NCBI GenBank assembly: GCA_965199825.1
Contig: OZ241329.1
Coordinates: forward strand, 1,536,001 to 1,600,000
Length of the DNA: 64,000 nt
Direction: 5' to 3'
Source: Bdellovibrionales bacterium
Lineage (GTDB): Bacteria > Bdellovibrionota > Bdellovibrionia > Bdellovibrionales > UBA1609
Positions 1 to 9,408 of the stretch are shown here, piece after piece. Position 1 is the stretch's first letter, and each line of letters starts with the position of its first letter. Under the pieces are notes generated by a model. It made no database searches, was not told the DNA's origin, and saw nothing but the letters and a program-made list of their open reading frames with translations. Both the position numbers and the translations under genes were made by a program.

Positions 1-257
1 CATCCCGTAATTAAAACTTCATCCCCTTTTTTAAACTTTTTGTGTTTAGATTCAACAATGGTGCCCGCAACATCAATGCCCGGAGTTAGCGGAAATGATT
101 TGAGGATGGCTCCTTTTCCGGTCACAGCTAAAGCATCTTTATAGTTGATCGAGGAATACTGGGCGCGGATTAAGAGTTCGTTTTCTAAAATTTGGGGCGT
201 TGAAATTTCGCACATGCGAGCTTGCGATTTTTTTGCTTCGACTCTTAATGCTCTCAT
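1..257 (-). CDS. YhdH/YhfP-family quinone oxidoreductase (AcuI-like), 5' part; runs off the window start
   Basis: Manual translation MRALRVEAKK...ELLIRAQYSSINYKDALAVTGKGAILKSFPLTPGIDVAGTIVES...GDEVLITG; ATG at 257 overlaps the upstream TGA (ATGA). Confidence 0.88.
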   Translation of the reverse strand, partial: MRALRVEAKKSQARMCEISTPQILENELLIRAQYSSINYKDALAVTGKGAILKSFPLTPGIDVAGTIVESKHKKFKKGDEVLITG

Positions 258-700
258 GTGGTCAGTTGGCGATAAAGTTCTCTGCAAGAGTCCTCAAGAA
301 TATCCAAAACCTCTTCGAAACCTTCTTCGCCCTTGTAATAGGGATCAGGAACTTCGGCCACTTTATTTTTGACGCAATAATCGCTCATCTTAAGAACCTT
401 GTCGGAATATTCTTTTCCGGGATCGAGGGATTTTAGGTTGGACAAATTTGAATTGTCCATCGTCACTATTAAGTCAAAATTTATAAAATCATCGAAGCTA
501 AAATTTCGACAGCGATGGTTCAAAATATATCCCCGTTTTTTTGCATGCTCACGCATGCGCGAATCGGGAAACATACCGGCTTGATGGGCAGAGGTTCCGG
601 CAGAATCAACCTCGAAGTCATCACCACACATCGAACGAAAGATTTCCTCGGCTGCGGGTGATCGACAAATATTTCCTAAACAAACAAATAAGACTTTCAC
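254..700 (-). CDS. Low-molecular-weight protein-tyrosine phosphatase
   Basis: VLFVCLGNICRSP P-loop and DPYY motif; likely GTG start at 700 after an AGGGA RBS (the ORF track extension to 802 overlaps hspQ). Confidence 0.93.
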   Translation of the reverse strand: MKVLFVCLGNICRSPAAEEIFRSMCGDDFEVDSAGTSAHQAGMFPDSRMREHAKKRGYILNHRCRNFSFDDFINFDLIVTMDNSNLSNLKSLDPGKEYSDKVLKMSDYCVKNKVAEVPDPYYKGEEGFEEVLDILEDSCRELYRQLTT

Positions 701-710
701 AACTTTCCCT

Positions 711-1028
711 TTAGTGGAGAGGGCGCATGTATCGCCCATTTTCGAATCGACTAAATATATCAGCAATAAGCGAATTGATAATAGGATCTGATGAAGAATC
801 AACCTCTAATGACAATTCAGGAATATAAGTCATCTCGTCTTCTCCATCGATCAGCACATGATACCAAGGCTGTGCCTTTGGAGGTTTTGATCCCTGAAGC
901 TCTTGATATGCGGCTTCGTCACCACGAAATTGGTCATCGATTTCGACGATGACTCCGCGGAAACCCATTTGCCTATGCTTTACGATTTCACCTAAAGAAA
1001 ATCGGCATGGTACTTCTTTTTCTGTCAT
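711..1028 (-). CDS. hspQ: Heat shock protein HspQ / YccV-like hemimethylated-DNA-binding protein
   Basis: FSLGEIVKHRQMGFRGVIVEID...QPWYHVLID...TYIPE pattern, 105 aa. Confidence 0.88.
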   Translation of the reverse strand: MTEKEVPCRFSLGEIVKHRQMGFRGVIVEIDDQFRGDEAAYQELQGSKPPKAQPWYHVLIDGEDEMTYIPELSLEVDSSSDPIINSLIADIFSRFENGRYMRPLH

Positions 1029-1123
1029 GTATAAGTTCCCCCTGTGTTGATTTTGCGTGAGCCTTCAAACTAATGTCATGTTGCATAGGCTCAAATAGGA
1101 ACTGGACTTAAGGAGAGCGAAAA

Positions 1124-1669
1124 ATGGATATCGATCAACTCATAAAATCACGGCGAACTGTTCATGAATTTGAACCACGCGAAATCTCGCAAAATATTTT
1201 AGAGACCGCTTTGGAGTTGGGGGCATGGGCTCCGAACCACAAGCTCACTTTCCCATGGGCATTTTACGATTTTAGTCCTGAACAAAAACAAATAATAGCT
1301 CGGTGGCATGTTGAATCAAAAAATGTAACCAGCGAAACCTTGAGACAGATTGAGTGGAATAAGTTTGGGGCAATTCCACGATTGGTTTTATTACTACAAA
1401 AAATTGAACCCGATCCCAATCGCCATAAAGAAGATTACGCCTCAGTTTCGTGTGCAATACAAAACATCGCGCTCTTTCTTTGGCAAAAGGGCATAGGCAC
1501 AAAATGGAGTTCTGGAAAAATGAGTAGAGATCCAAGAGTTTTAGAAATGGCAAACTGCCAAAACTATTCGAGTGTGGGGTTTTTGATGATTGGATTTCCT
1601 AAAGTCACTCCAAAACCTGTCGAACGAAAACTCAAATTAACCAATCAACTGTATACGGTGTCGCGATGA
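1124..1669 (+). CDS. Nitroreductase family protein (YdjA-like)
   Basis: IKSRRTVHEF, WAPNHKLTFPW, CAIQNIAL...GIGTKW; AAGGAG RBS. Confidence 0.9.
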   Translation: MDIDQLIKSRRTVHEFEPREISQNILETALELGAWAPNHKLTFPWAFYDFSPEQKQIIARWHVESKNVTSETLRQIEWNKFGAIPRLVLLLQKIEPDPNRHKEDYASVSCAIQNIALFLWQKGIGTKWSSGKMSRDPRVLEMANCQNYSSVGFLMIGFPKVTPKPVERKLKLTNQLYTVSR

Positions 1670-2301
1670 CAGGTTTAAAAGAAGCATCAGGCTTTGATTA
1701 TCTCGAAAAACCAGGAGCCGACAAAACGATTGTTTTTTTTCATGGCCACGGAGCAAATGCCTTTGATTTTTTTTCGATCACTTCTGATCTTGGCAGCAAA
1801 AGTCGTTTTTTATTTCCACAAGCACCCATTGCCCTCGATGTGGGTTGGGGTCAGATCGGTTATTCGTGGTTTCCTTTGAATGTCACGGTTCCTTTTGCTC
1901 AGCAATCCACAAAACCGATTGAGCCGTTGATAAAAAAATTGATTCAATTTTTATCTGCGGTGAATTGCTCGTTTGATAATTTAATATTGGGTGGATTTTC
2001 GCAAGGTGGGATTGTGGCAGCTGAATTGGCGCTTCATCTTCCTCAGGCTCCAACCGGGTTGCTGCTCCTATCTACGACTCTGGTCGATGAAGTCCGATGG
2101 CAACAGGAGTTTAAGCGCTTGACCGACACAAAAGTCTTAATCAGTCATGGTGAGCAAGATGATGTGTTGGCCTATTCTCATGCGCAACGCCTCGATGAGG
2201 TTTTGACTCAAGCAGGTTTGTTTACCGAATTCGTTAGCTTTAAAGGCGGGCACACCGTGCCCGACCAAGTGATCAAAAGTGTGTCGAATTTTATAAAATA
2301 G
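1666..2301 (+). CDS. Phospholipase/carboxylesterase (alpha/beta hydrolase)
   Basis: FFHGHG, GGFSQGG nucleophile elbow, HGEQDDV, GGH. Confidence 0.9.
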   Translation: MTGLKEASGFDYLEKPGADKTIVFFHGHGANAFDFFSITSDLGSKSRFLFPQAPIALDVGWGQIGYSWFPLNVTVPFAQQSTKPIEPLIKKLIQFLSAVNCSFDNLILGGFSQGGIVAAELALHLPQAPTGLLLLSTTLVDEVRWQQEFKRLTDTKVLISHGEQDDVLAYSHAQRLDEVLTQAGLFTEFVSFKGGHTVPDQVIKSVSNFIK

Positions 2302-2403
2302 ATGTTGGTTGGTGGCTGGATTGGCTGATGGGTAAAAGTCGAGTGTGACCCCGTCGGCTTTTGTTGGGATTTTTTGCGGGCATTTTGCGGGCGCTTGGCG
2401 ATT

Positions 2404-2559
2404 TTCAAGTGGGCACGATCTTCAAGTGGGCACGATCTTCAAGTGGGCACGATCTTCAAGTGGGCACGATCTTCAAGTGGGCACGATCTTCAAGTGGGCA
2501 CGATCTTCAAGTGGGCACGATCTTCAAGTGGGCACGATCTTCAAGTGGGCACGATCTTC
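2404..2559 (+). repeat. Tandem array, 9 perfect copies of 17-bp TTCAAGTGGGCACGATC
   Basis: Units start at 2404+17n (last at 2540); followed by GTACCTTCGTTC at 2562-2573. Confidence 0.97.
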
Positions 2560-2732
2560 CCGTACCTTCGTTCACCACCCATTTCGGCTCCTACTAAAAT
2601 TGGGCTGTCAAAATTAAATGAGTACAAAAGTTTTGACCCCTCCGGAGATTTCGCAAATGCCGATCGCCTCAAATCAAAATAATTTTGTTAAACTTGTTCC
2701 GGACAATTTAAGAAATGATCAACTTGTGTCGC

Positions 2733-2775
2733 GGGCACGATCCTTGAGGGGCACGATCTCTTAAAGGGCACGATC
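2733..2775 (+). repeat. Three GGGCACGATC cores spaced 16-17 bp with divergent linkers
   Basis: Cores at 2733, 2749 and 2766. Confidence 0.9.
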
Positions 2776-2859
2776 CACACGCAACCAAATCAACCCCAAC
2801 CAAGCATTCAAAAATCCCCAGCATCAAATCGTAAAAAAGCCCATCCAAATAAAAAATAT

Positions 2860-3135
2860 TTAGGGACAATCGTAAGAGAGGCCGGTCACAACCGTTTGAG
2901 ATGACGAGTACTGTTGAACCACCACAAAATTTGCACCTTTTAATGAGGCTTCTTTTTTTAAATCCTCAAGTGCATCTTTTGCGGTTCCATGAACATTTAA
3001 AGTTGCTCCACGAACCGGTCCAATCTCTCGACATCGAGGAGACGCTGCCTCACGAGAAACTTTGACATATCCAGGGTCGGGCGTGATGGGCTTGGTGGCA
3101 CAGCCAACCAAAAATAATCCAATCAAAAACCACAT
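2860..3135 (-). CDS. Small lipoprotein, DUF4156-like
   Basis: Lipobox LVGC; C.EIG.V.G...A..DLKKEA..KGANFV...Y.CP pattern. Confidence 0.75.
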   Translation of the reverse strand: MWFLIGLFLVGCATKPITPDPGYVKVSREAASPRCREIGPVRGATLNVHGTAKDALEDLKKEASLKGANFVVVQQYSSSQTVVTGLSYDCP

Positions 3136-3144
3136 AGTTTCTCC

Positions 3145-4275
3145 TTAAAGATTGTCGAAATCGATTTTGACAACTCGACTTAATTGTTTTGCTTGGCAAG
3201 TGAGGGTTTCAAAGGCGGCCACATTTTCTTCGGTCAAGATTCCGGGATCATCTTGATAGACCACGCCCTCACGCACTTTAGCCATACAGGCCATGCACGC
3301 GCCGTCCATGCAGGAATAAGGGGCGCTGTATCCTTCGGCCAATAAAGTTTCCAAAACGGTTTGGCCTTCCACCGCTTGAACTTCAATCTCTTCGCCGTTC
3401 AGAAGAGCAATTATTTTTTCTGGAGTTTCGTTCAATTGATGATTGCCCTGACCAATCACCGTTTTGTTATCAAGATTATTTTTTGGGGTATGAATACTTT
3501 CAGAATGGGCCGAGGTTCCGACCGCTTCGCCAAAACTTTCGATGTGGATGCGGTCAGCCTCAAGCCCTTTGGCCAAAATTTGCTCGCGGGCGGTTTGCAT
3601 AAATCCCACCGGGCCACACAGATAACATTCCATAGGATGAGTGGTCTGAAGGGTTGAGTAAAATGCGGCAAAAGTTTCGCGAGTAAGGCGTCCTTTGAGA
3701 CCGGCAAAACTTTCTGGCGGTTGAGTTAAGAGATGCTGCACGTTGAGACGTGAAGAATATTTTTTTTGTAACTGCTCAAGTTCATTTTTGTAAATCACAT
3801 GATCATAAAACCGATTGGCATAAAGAAGCGAAACCCGATTTTGTTCGTTTGCAAACAAAACTGATTTTAAAATTGAAAACAGCGGTGTGATCCCACTGCC
3901 GCCGGCAAATAAAATATAATGAACCGCACCTGTGTGTTTTGGCGGTTGAAAAAACTGACCTGCTGGTGGTGTCACCCGCAACACATCTCCCACTTGTACC
4001 TCGTCCATCAAATGGGTGGAGGCTCTACCGCCGGGAATTTTTTTAACGGTGATTTTAAATTCTTGATCAACAAATGGCGAAGTTGAGAGCGAATAACTGC
4101 GTTTAATTTCTTCGCCCTTGATGGGTAAAAAAAGAGTTACAAATTGACCAGGCCTATAAATAAAATCTGTTTTTAAATCATTAGGGATTTTAAAAACAAG
4201 TGAGCAGGCCTCGGAGGTCTCGATAATTTTTTTTTCGACCGTTAATGGCCGGGTGATTTTTTCGGTCAACGACAT
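3145..4275 (-). CDS. Ferredoxin-NAD(P)+ reductase with C-terminal 2Fe-2S domain (PaaE-like)
   Basis: RSYSLS FAD motif, AGGSGITP, YLCGP, SCMDGACMAC...LTCQA. Confidence 0.9.
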   Translation of the reverse strand: MSLTEKITRPLTVEKKIIETSEACSLVFKIPNDLKTDFIYRPGQFVTLFLPIKGEEIKRSYSLSTSPFVDQEFKITVKKIPGGRASTHLMDEVQVGDVLRVTPPAGQFFQPPKHTGAVHYILFAGGSGITPLFSILKSVLFANEQNRVSLLYANRFYDHVIYKNELEQLQKKYSSRLNVQHLLTQPPESFAGLKGRLTRETFAAFYSTLQTTHPMECYLCGPVGFMQTAREQILAKGLEADRIHIESFGEAVGTSAHSESIHTPKNNLDNKTVIGQGNHQLNETPEKIIALLNGEEIEVQAVEGQTVLETLLAEGYSAPYSCMDGACMACMAKVREGVVYQDDPGILTEENVAAFETLTCQAKQLSRVVKIDFDNL

Positions 4276-4285
4276 AAGTGAGGAT

Positions 4286-5044
4286 TTAGCCTAACCACTC
4301 GAACTTGGCAATGAGGTGAGCTTCGCCCGTAAGGCGAGGGCGCGCTTCATTACTCACCACCAGTTCACCACCAGGCATCTGGATATTGAGACTTTCAAGC
4401 TCGGGACGTTGATGAAATCCAACTAAAGCGGCTGCCACAGCTCCGGTCCCACACGCCAAGGTATAGTCCTCGACTCCGCGCTCAAAGGTTTGGGCCGAGA
4501 GAGTATGGTCATTCACCCACTGAATAAATGTGACATTGGTTCCGTGTTCACCAAAACGGGCATGGCGTCTCAGCAGCTTCACGCTTTCAAGGTTTTTGAC
4601 CTGTGTGACCACCGCGTGGGGTACGCCGGTATTCACAAACTCAAATTCTAAACCAGACTCGGTCCATTTTTTTGGGGGATCGACATGAGGCATCTGCACG
4701 TCGATCCAATTTTTTGCGAGCTGCACACCCTCAATCACTCCAACAACCGTTTCAAATTTTACCGGCTGGGTGGTCGAAGGATTTTGGTCAAGCCAATATA
4801 AAATCACGCAGCGTGCAGCATTGCCGCACATCTCGGCGTGTGAACCATCGGTGTTGTAAAAGTCCCACTTAAAATCGGCCGAGTCGGAGGGATCAAGAAA
4901 AACAAAACCATCGGCCCCCACACCATTTTTGCGATCACAAATTTTTTGCACAAGCTGTTTGCGATTGATTAAAGAAGGTTGATCTTTACTTAAGTCCAAC
5001 AAGATAAAGTCATTCGATGCGCCAGAGGCTTTGAAAAAATTCAT
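4286..5044 (-). CDS. dapF: Diaminopimelate epimerase
   Basis: SGASNDF, GVGADG, EMCGNAARC, NTGVPH, ERGVEDYTLACGTG; start set to ATG 5044. Confidence 0.95.
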   Translation of the reverse strand: MNFFKASGASNDFILLDLSKDQPSLINRKQLVQKICDRKNGVGADGFVFLDPSDSADFKWDFYNTDGSHAEMCGNAARCVILYWLDQNPSTTQPVKFETVVGVIEGVQLAKNWIDVQMPHVDPPKKWTESGLEFEFVNTGVPHAVVTQVKNLESVKLLRRHARFGEHGTNVTFIQWVNDHTLSAQTFERGVEDYTLACGTGAVAAALVGFHQRPELESLNIQMPGGELVVSNEARPRLTGEAHLIAKFEWLG

Positions 5045-5092
5045 GAAGACACAATAGCAGAAACAATGTTGAATGAACATGAAGAGGTTGTG

Positions 5093-6160
5093 ATGAAGAA
5101 AATTAGATTTGCCTTGGTGATTTGTTTAGTTGGTCTGGGCTGTAGTGTGTCCAAAGATATGAGCAATATGGTCGATACGGCCGGCGCCATGAATGAAAAA
5201 ACGGGACAAATGCGCAACAGTCTCGAAAACCTCTGCCAAGGCGGGCGAGAAGACGCGATGTCAAAGGTCGTGCCCGCGGCCTCCGATAAAATCCGTCACG
5301 TCGCTCACATTCATGACAAGTTGATTGCAGCAGCCCAATACATTTATGGTTTTGAATTTCAGCATTGGAAAATTTGCTACGACACTGATCTCGAATTCCG
5401 CCAACAACTTTTTGCTAAAGCCTTGAGGTATCTCTTTGTCGATACTGCCGATTTATTTCAGTACTCGCGACGTTTTAAACGTTGGGCTCATGATTTTGAA
5501 ATCGATCCTGGATTTTTCCCGCCCACCGACAATTGGCGATCACTCGCGGCGATTTCTTTTGTGATTGGCGAAAATGATCCCAACCATACGCAAACCGCTT
5601 TAGAAAAAAACTTTTCTCCGGTCACTTTTTATACCTTGATCAAAGATGGTCTTAAAGCTCGCGAAAAATTAGAAAACAACGAAGCCTTAACCGAACCCGA
5701 AAAGGTGGTGCTTCAATTTGAGCATCAGGCCGAAGATCTTCTTCAATTGCGGCATAATTTTTTACCCTTAATGGCAATCAGCGATCTGGATTCTTTTGGT
5801 AACGCTTGGCTCACTCAGGTGAGATTTCGATTTACACATTGGATTTTTGATATAGACAAATTTAATTTAGTTCAGCTTGATCAGCAGATCGAATTTTTAA
5901 ACCAAGCAAAAGAAACCCGAGAATTTTTAGAAAAGCACGGCATTGCGATCCAGTGGTATGAAAATTTGCGCCAAATTTATTCGCATGTTCAGTTTGTATC
6001 AAAAAGATCTTTTATAGCTCAGCAGATTTTAAATGGAGAGGAGATCGACCCCGATTCGGTTCTGGGGCCTCTTGAATTAAAAGCCCAAATATATCGTGAG
6101 CTGTGGAAAAAGATTGCGGCACCCAAGCCGGAACGAAGAGTCTACGAAGATTACAACTGA
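5093..6160 (+). CDS. Hypothetical lipoprotein
   Basis: Long ORF; MKKIRFALVICLVGLGC signal/lipobox after GAGG RBS. Confidence 0.7.
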   Translation: MKKIRFALVICLVGLGCSVSKDMSNMVDTAGAMNEKTGQMRNSLENLCQGGREDAMSKVVPAASDKIRHVAHIHDKLIAAAQYIYGFEFQHWKICYDTDLEFRQQLFAKALRYLFVDTADLFQYSRRFKRWAHDFEIDPGFFPPTDNWRSLAAISFVIGENDPNHTQTALEKNFSPVTFYTLIKDGLKAREKLENNEALTEPEKVVLQFEHQAEDLLQLRHNFLPLMAISDLDSFGNAWLTQVRFRFTHWIFDIDKFNLVQLDQQIEFLNQAKETREFLEKHGIAIQWYENLRQIYSHVQFVSKRSFIAQQILNGEEIDPDSVLGPLELKAQIYRELWKKIAAPKPERRVYEDYN

Positions 6161-7053
6161 CTTTTTCGCTTGAGCATATCTTGCCGAATCCGATCGGCCA
6201 GCACTTCAAGCTCTCTAAACTCATCGCCCTTTCGAACCCGAAACACCCGGTCTTTACCTTCGAGCATGTCTTCTAAAAAACGCTCAAAGCCGTAAATGGG
6301 TCCGGCCGTTTTGTGTGACAGCAATCGACCGAGCATAAAGAGCAGGGTCATAAAGCCTAATGCAATCACGATAAAAGTTAAAACAAAGGGATATAAGAAT
6401 CGTGACTCGAGCAGCACGTTGCGATTGCCAATCAACTCCTCAATTGTAATACGCAAATAGGTATAACTAAAAACCCCGCACACCATGGCAAATCCAAAAC
6501 CAACAAACATTAAGATAAAACAATATTTTAATTGGTAGGAGGGATTGACCCAAATGCGCTTTCGCTCATTGGTGTCGGGCCAAAGGGCTTGGCCGTCGCG
6601 CACAAGTGTATAAACAATAAGTATATAGCCAATCCATTGAATCGCATCTGCCATATTGAAAGCAGGAGTTGCAAAAGTGGGTGTTCCAAAAAGTAAAAAA
6701 TCTGTGACCGAGCCTGCAACAATGCGATCGACCACGTTGCCCAAAATTCCACCAAGAAGAAGCGACATGCCCACGCGCAAGAGCATCACGCGTCCAGGGA
6801 GCAGATATTGGATCGATGCATAGACACAGGTTAAAAACATTCCGCCGGTGGATAAACTCACCACTCTCAGCATGGGAGGCAAAGTTGAAAATGCGCCAAG
6901 GATAGCACCGGGATTTCGATGATAAACCAAACCAACAAAGCCATAAAATTCGAGTCGAGTAAAATGGCTAATTGCATACAGCTTGGTCAATTGATCAAAC
7001 AAACAAGCCAAAGGGACGAGGCCGATCACGTAGAACCATTCGCGTTTTTTCAT
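6151..7053 (-). CDS. Signal peptidase II (LspA) paralogue fused to a C-terminal 2-TM + HAMP-like region
   Basis: DQLTK, NPGAILG, GGILGNVVDR, VTDF, FNMAD in the N-half; two TMs then SHKTAGPIYGFERFLEDMLEG...RKGDEFRELE. Confidence 0.8.
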   Translation of the reverse strand: MKKREWFYVIGLVPLACLFDQLTKLYAISHFTRLEFYGFVGLVYHRNPGAILGAFSTLPPMLRVVSLSTGGMFLTCVYASIQYLLPGRVMLLRVGMSLLLGGILGNVVDRIVAGSVTDFLLFGTPTFATPAFNMADAIQWIGYILIVYTLVRDGQALWPDTNERKRIWVNPSYQLKYCFILMFVGFGFAMVCGVFSYTYLRITIEELIGNRNVLLESRFLYPFVLTFIVIALGFMTLLFMLGRLLSHKTAGPIYGFERFLEDMLEGKDRVFRVRKGDEFRELEVLADRIRQDMLKRKSQL

Positions 7054-7074
7054 GAATTTATGCTAGCAGCAGGA

Positions 7075-7974
7075 TTAAAGAGCCACAACAGTTCGATTGC
7101 GACCCAAACGTTTGGCCTCAAGCAAAGCCTGATCAGCGCGGCCAATCAATTGCGAGGGTGATTTTGCTTGTTCCGGAAAACAAGCCACACCAAGGCTACA
7201 GGTCAAATACTCTGCGGTGCTGAGCGAAGTGATAAAGGGATGTTGGCTCAAAGATTCGCGAAGTTCTTCGGCCCGCTCTAAACCTTTTTTTAAATTTAAA
7301 GTGGGAAGTAAAATCGCAAACTCTTCGCCGCCGTAGCGCGATACCGATTCTCCAGGTTGAGTGGTTTGTGCCAGCAAGCGCGCTAAATGCTGCAACACCT
7401 GATCTCCCTGAGGGTGACCATATTTGTCGTTAAAATGTTTAAAATAATCAACGTCAGCCATGATTAGCGATACCATCGTTCCCTTTTCGCAAAGGGTTTT
7501 GAGGTGATTTTGAAAATATCGATGATTGGTTAATCCGGTGACAGGATCGGTCACCGAGAGCGAGCGGAATTCTTCGCGCGAAGCGAGCAATTGGTGAGTT
7601 TGAAGTGCTTCAAGCATTTGGATGCGCAGATATTCATTTTCCCATGGCTTTAATAAAAAGCGATGAATCTCTGCCCCGTTTAAGGCTTCAACCATTTGGC
7701 GAAGATCCATCTGGCCTGATAAAATGGCTCGCACCGCAAGAGGGCAAATTACTTTGGCTTGCCTTAAAAAGTCGACGCCGTTTTGACCCGGCATGCGGTA
7801 ATCCGAAAGAACAACCGCGAGGTCTGGCTCGCGGTGAAGCACCGCAATCCCTTCGATCGCATTTGCGGCGAGTCGAACATCAAAATCCTCGCGCAGCAGC
7901 CGCTCAAGAGCATTTCTCACACCCTCTTCGTCATCGACGCACAATATTTTCGGTTTAACTTTGCCATCTGCCAT
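7075..7974 (-). CDS. Response-regulator diguanylate cyclase (REC-GGDEF)
   Basis: ILCVDDE...SDYRMP receiver; DPVTGLTN, DVDYFKHFNDKYGH, RYGGEEF. Confidence 0.93.
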   Translation of the reverse strand: MADGKVKPKILCVDDEEGVRNALERLLREDFDVRLAANAIEGIAVLHREPDLAVVLSDYRMPGQNGVDFLRQAKVICPLAVRAILSGQMDLRQMVEALNGAEIHRFLLKPWENEYLRIQMLEALQTHQLLASREEFRSLSVTDPVTGLTNHRYFQNHLKTLCEKGTMVSLIMADVDYFKHFNDKYGHPQGDQVLQHLARLLAQTTQPGESVSRYGGEEFAILLPTLNLKKGLERAEELRESLSQHPFITSLSTAEYLTCSLGVACFPEQAKSPSQLIGRADQALLEAKRLGRNRTVVAL

Positions 7975-8006
7975 AAATCTAGAAGTAGAATAAATGAGAA
8001 CAAAAC

Positions 8007-9404
8007 ATGAGTATACTTTTACTTTACCTCTTCAGCCTGAATGCCTTTAGTTTTGATATCTCTCATGAGGTGTCAAAACTCCATTTGCAAAGTGGTGATC
8101 TCTCACTTTATGCGGTCAGCAAAAAAGAAGTGCTGATCGATCTCAATTCAAAAAAATTGATGACGCCAGCAAGCGTAACCAAATTGATCACGGCCTCTGC
8201 GGTCTTACACGCTCTTGGGCCCTCGACCAAGTTGACCACCGAATTGCTTTCCTCGGCCCAAATTGAAGAGACGATTTTAAAGGGTGATATTTATCTCCAT
8301 GGTGGGGGTGATCCCAGTTTTGTTTCCGAAAGCATGTGGTTTTTGGTCAACGAACTCACACGCACCCAAATAACAAAAATTGAGGGCGACATTGTTGTTG
8401 ATGACACTTTGTTTGATGCGGTCCGTTTTGATTCGGGTCGAGAAAAAGTGCGCAATGACCGCGCTTATGATGCGCCCATTGGGGCAATGTCGATGAACTG
8501 GAATGCGGTCAATGTGTTCGTGAGACCGGCCAAAAAAGTGGGTGAGCCTGCTTTGGTTTTTGCCGATCCCGAAACATCTTATATTCAGATTAAAAATGAG
8601 AGCAAAACAGTTTCGGGCAATAAGGCTGATGTGTTTGTTTCGCGCAAAGGTAAAATTCTCGAAGACGAAGACAGCGTTGGCTTTGGCGATGCGATTGTGA
8701 TCAGCGGCAAAATCGGAATTGAAGCAAACGAAAAAGTGATTTTCAAGAATATCTCACAGCCCGATCTTTGGAGTGGCGCCAACTTGCAGGCATTTTTAAA
8801 AGCTCGCGGGATCTCAATCACTGGTCGAGTGCGCGCCGGAAAAACTCCACCGGGTGCAAAAACGCTCGCCCGTTTTGAAAGTAAACCGTTAACCCAAATG
8901 ATTAGCGATATGCTCAAGTTTTCGAATAATTTTGTGGCCGAGATGTTGACCAAACAGCTTGCGCTTAAAAAAGGAATTGTGCCGGCGACTCTTGTATCGG
9001 GCCTTGAGGATATCAGAATCTATTTACATTTCTTGGGATTTAAAGATGATGCGATCAAAATCGAAAACCCTTCGGGGTTTAGTCGCCAAAATAAAATATC
9101 GGCCTTAAGTCTGACCAACGTCTTACTCAAAGTTCAAAATGATTTTAAAATTTTTCCCGAACTCTTTGCCGCTTTGCCCATTAGTGGCCGCGACGGCACT
9201 CTCAAAAACAGAATGAAGGGTCTAGCCGAAAAAGTTCGGGCAAAAACTGGATATATGACCGGTATAGCTGCACTTGCGGGCTTTGTGGATCGCGGCGAGA
9301 ATGAAGGTGTGACATTCGCATTTTTATTTAATGGACCCGCTGACAAAGCTGACGAAGCAAAGACATTGATGGATCGTCTTTGCGAAAAGCTAGCATCGAA
9401 ATGA
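8007..9404 (+). CDS. dacB: D-Ala-D-Ala carboxypeptidase/endopeptidase PBP4 (peptidase S13)
   Basis: PASVTK (SxxK), GGGDP, SNN (SxN), AKTG. Confidence 0.93.
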   Translation: MSILLLYLFSLNAFSFDISHEVSKLHLQSGDLSLYAVSKKEVLIDLNSKKLMTPASVTKLITASAVLHALGPSTKLTTELLSSAQIEETILKGDIYLHGGGDPSFVSESMWFLVNELTRTQITKIEGDIVVDDTLFDAVRFDSGREKVRNDRAYDAPIGAMSMNWNAVNVFVRPAKKVGEPALVFADPETSYIQIKNESKTVSGNKADVFVSRKGKILEDEDSVGFGDAIVISGKIGIEANEKVIFKNISQPDLWSGANLQAFLKARGISITGRVRAGKTPPGAKTLARFESKPLTQMISDMLKFSNNFVAEMLTKQLALKKGIVPATLVSGLEDIRIYLHFLGFKDDAIKIENPSGFSRQNKISALSLTNVLLKVQNDFKIFPELFAALPISGRDGTLKNRMKGLAEKVRAKTGYMTGIAALAGFVDRGENEGVTFAFLFNGPADKADEAKTLMDRLCEKLASK

Positions 9405-9408
9405 GTTT

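Noticed and set aside
2345..2682. Three overlapping ORFs with repeating SSGHDLQVGTIFKWAR peptide
   Set aside because: Artefacts of a stop-free 17-bp tandem repeat read in all frames; no RBS or domain
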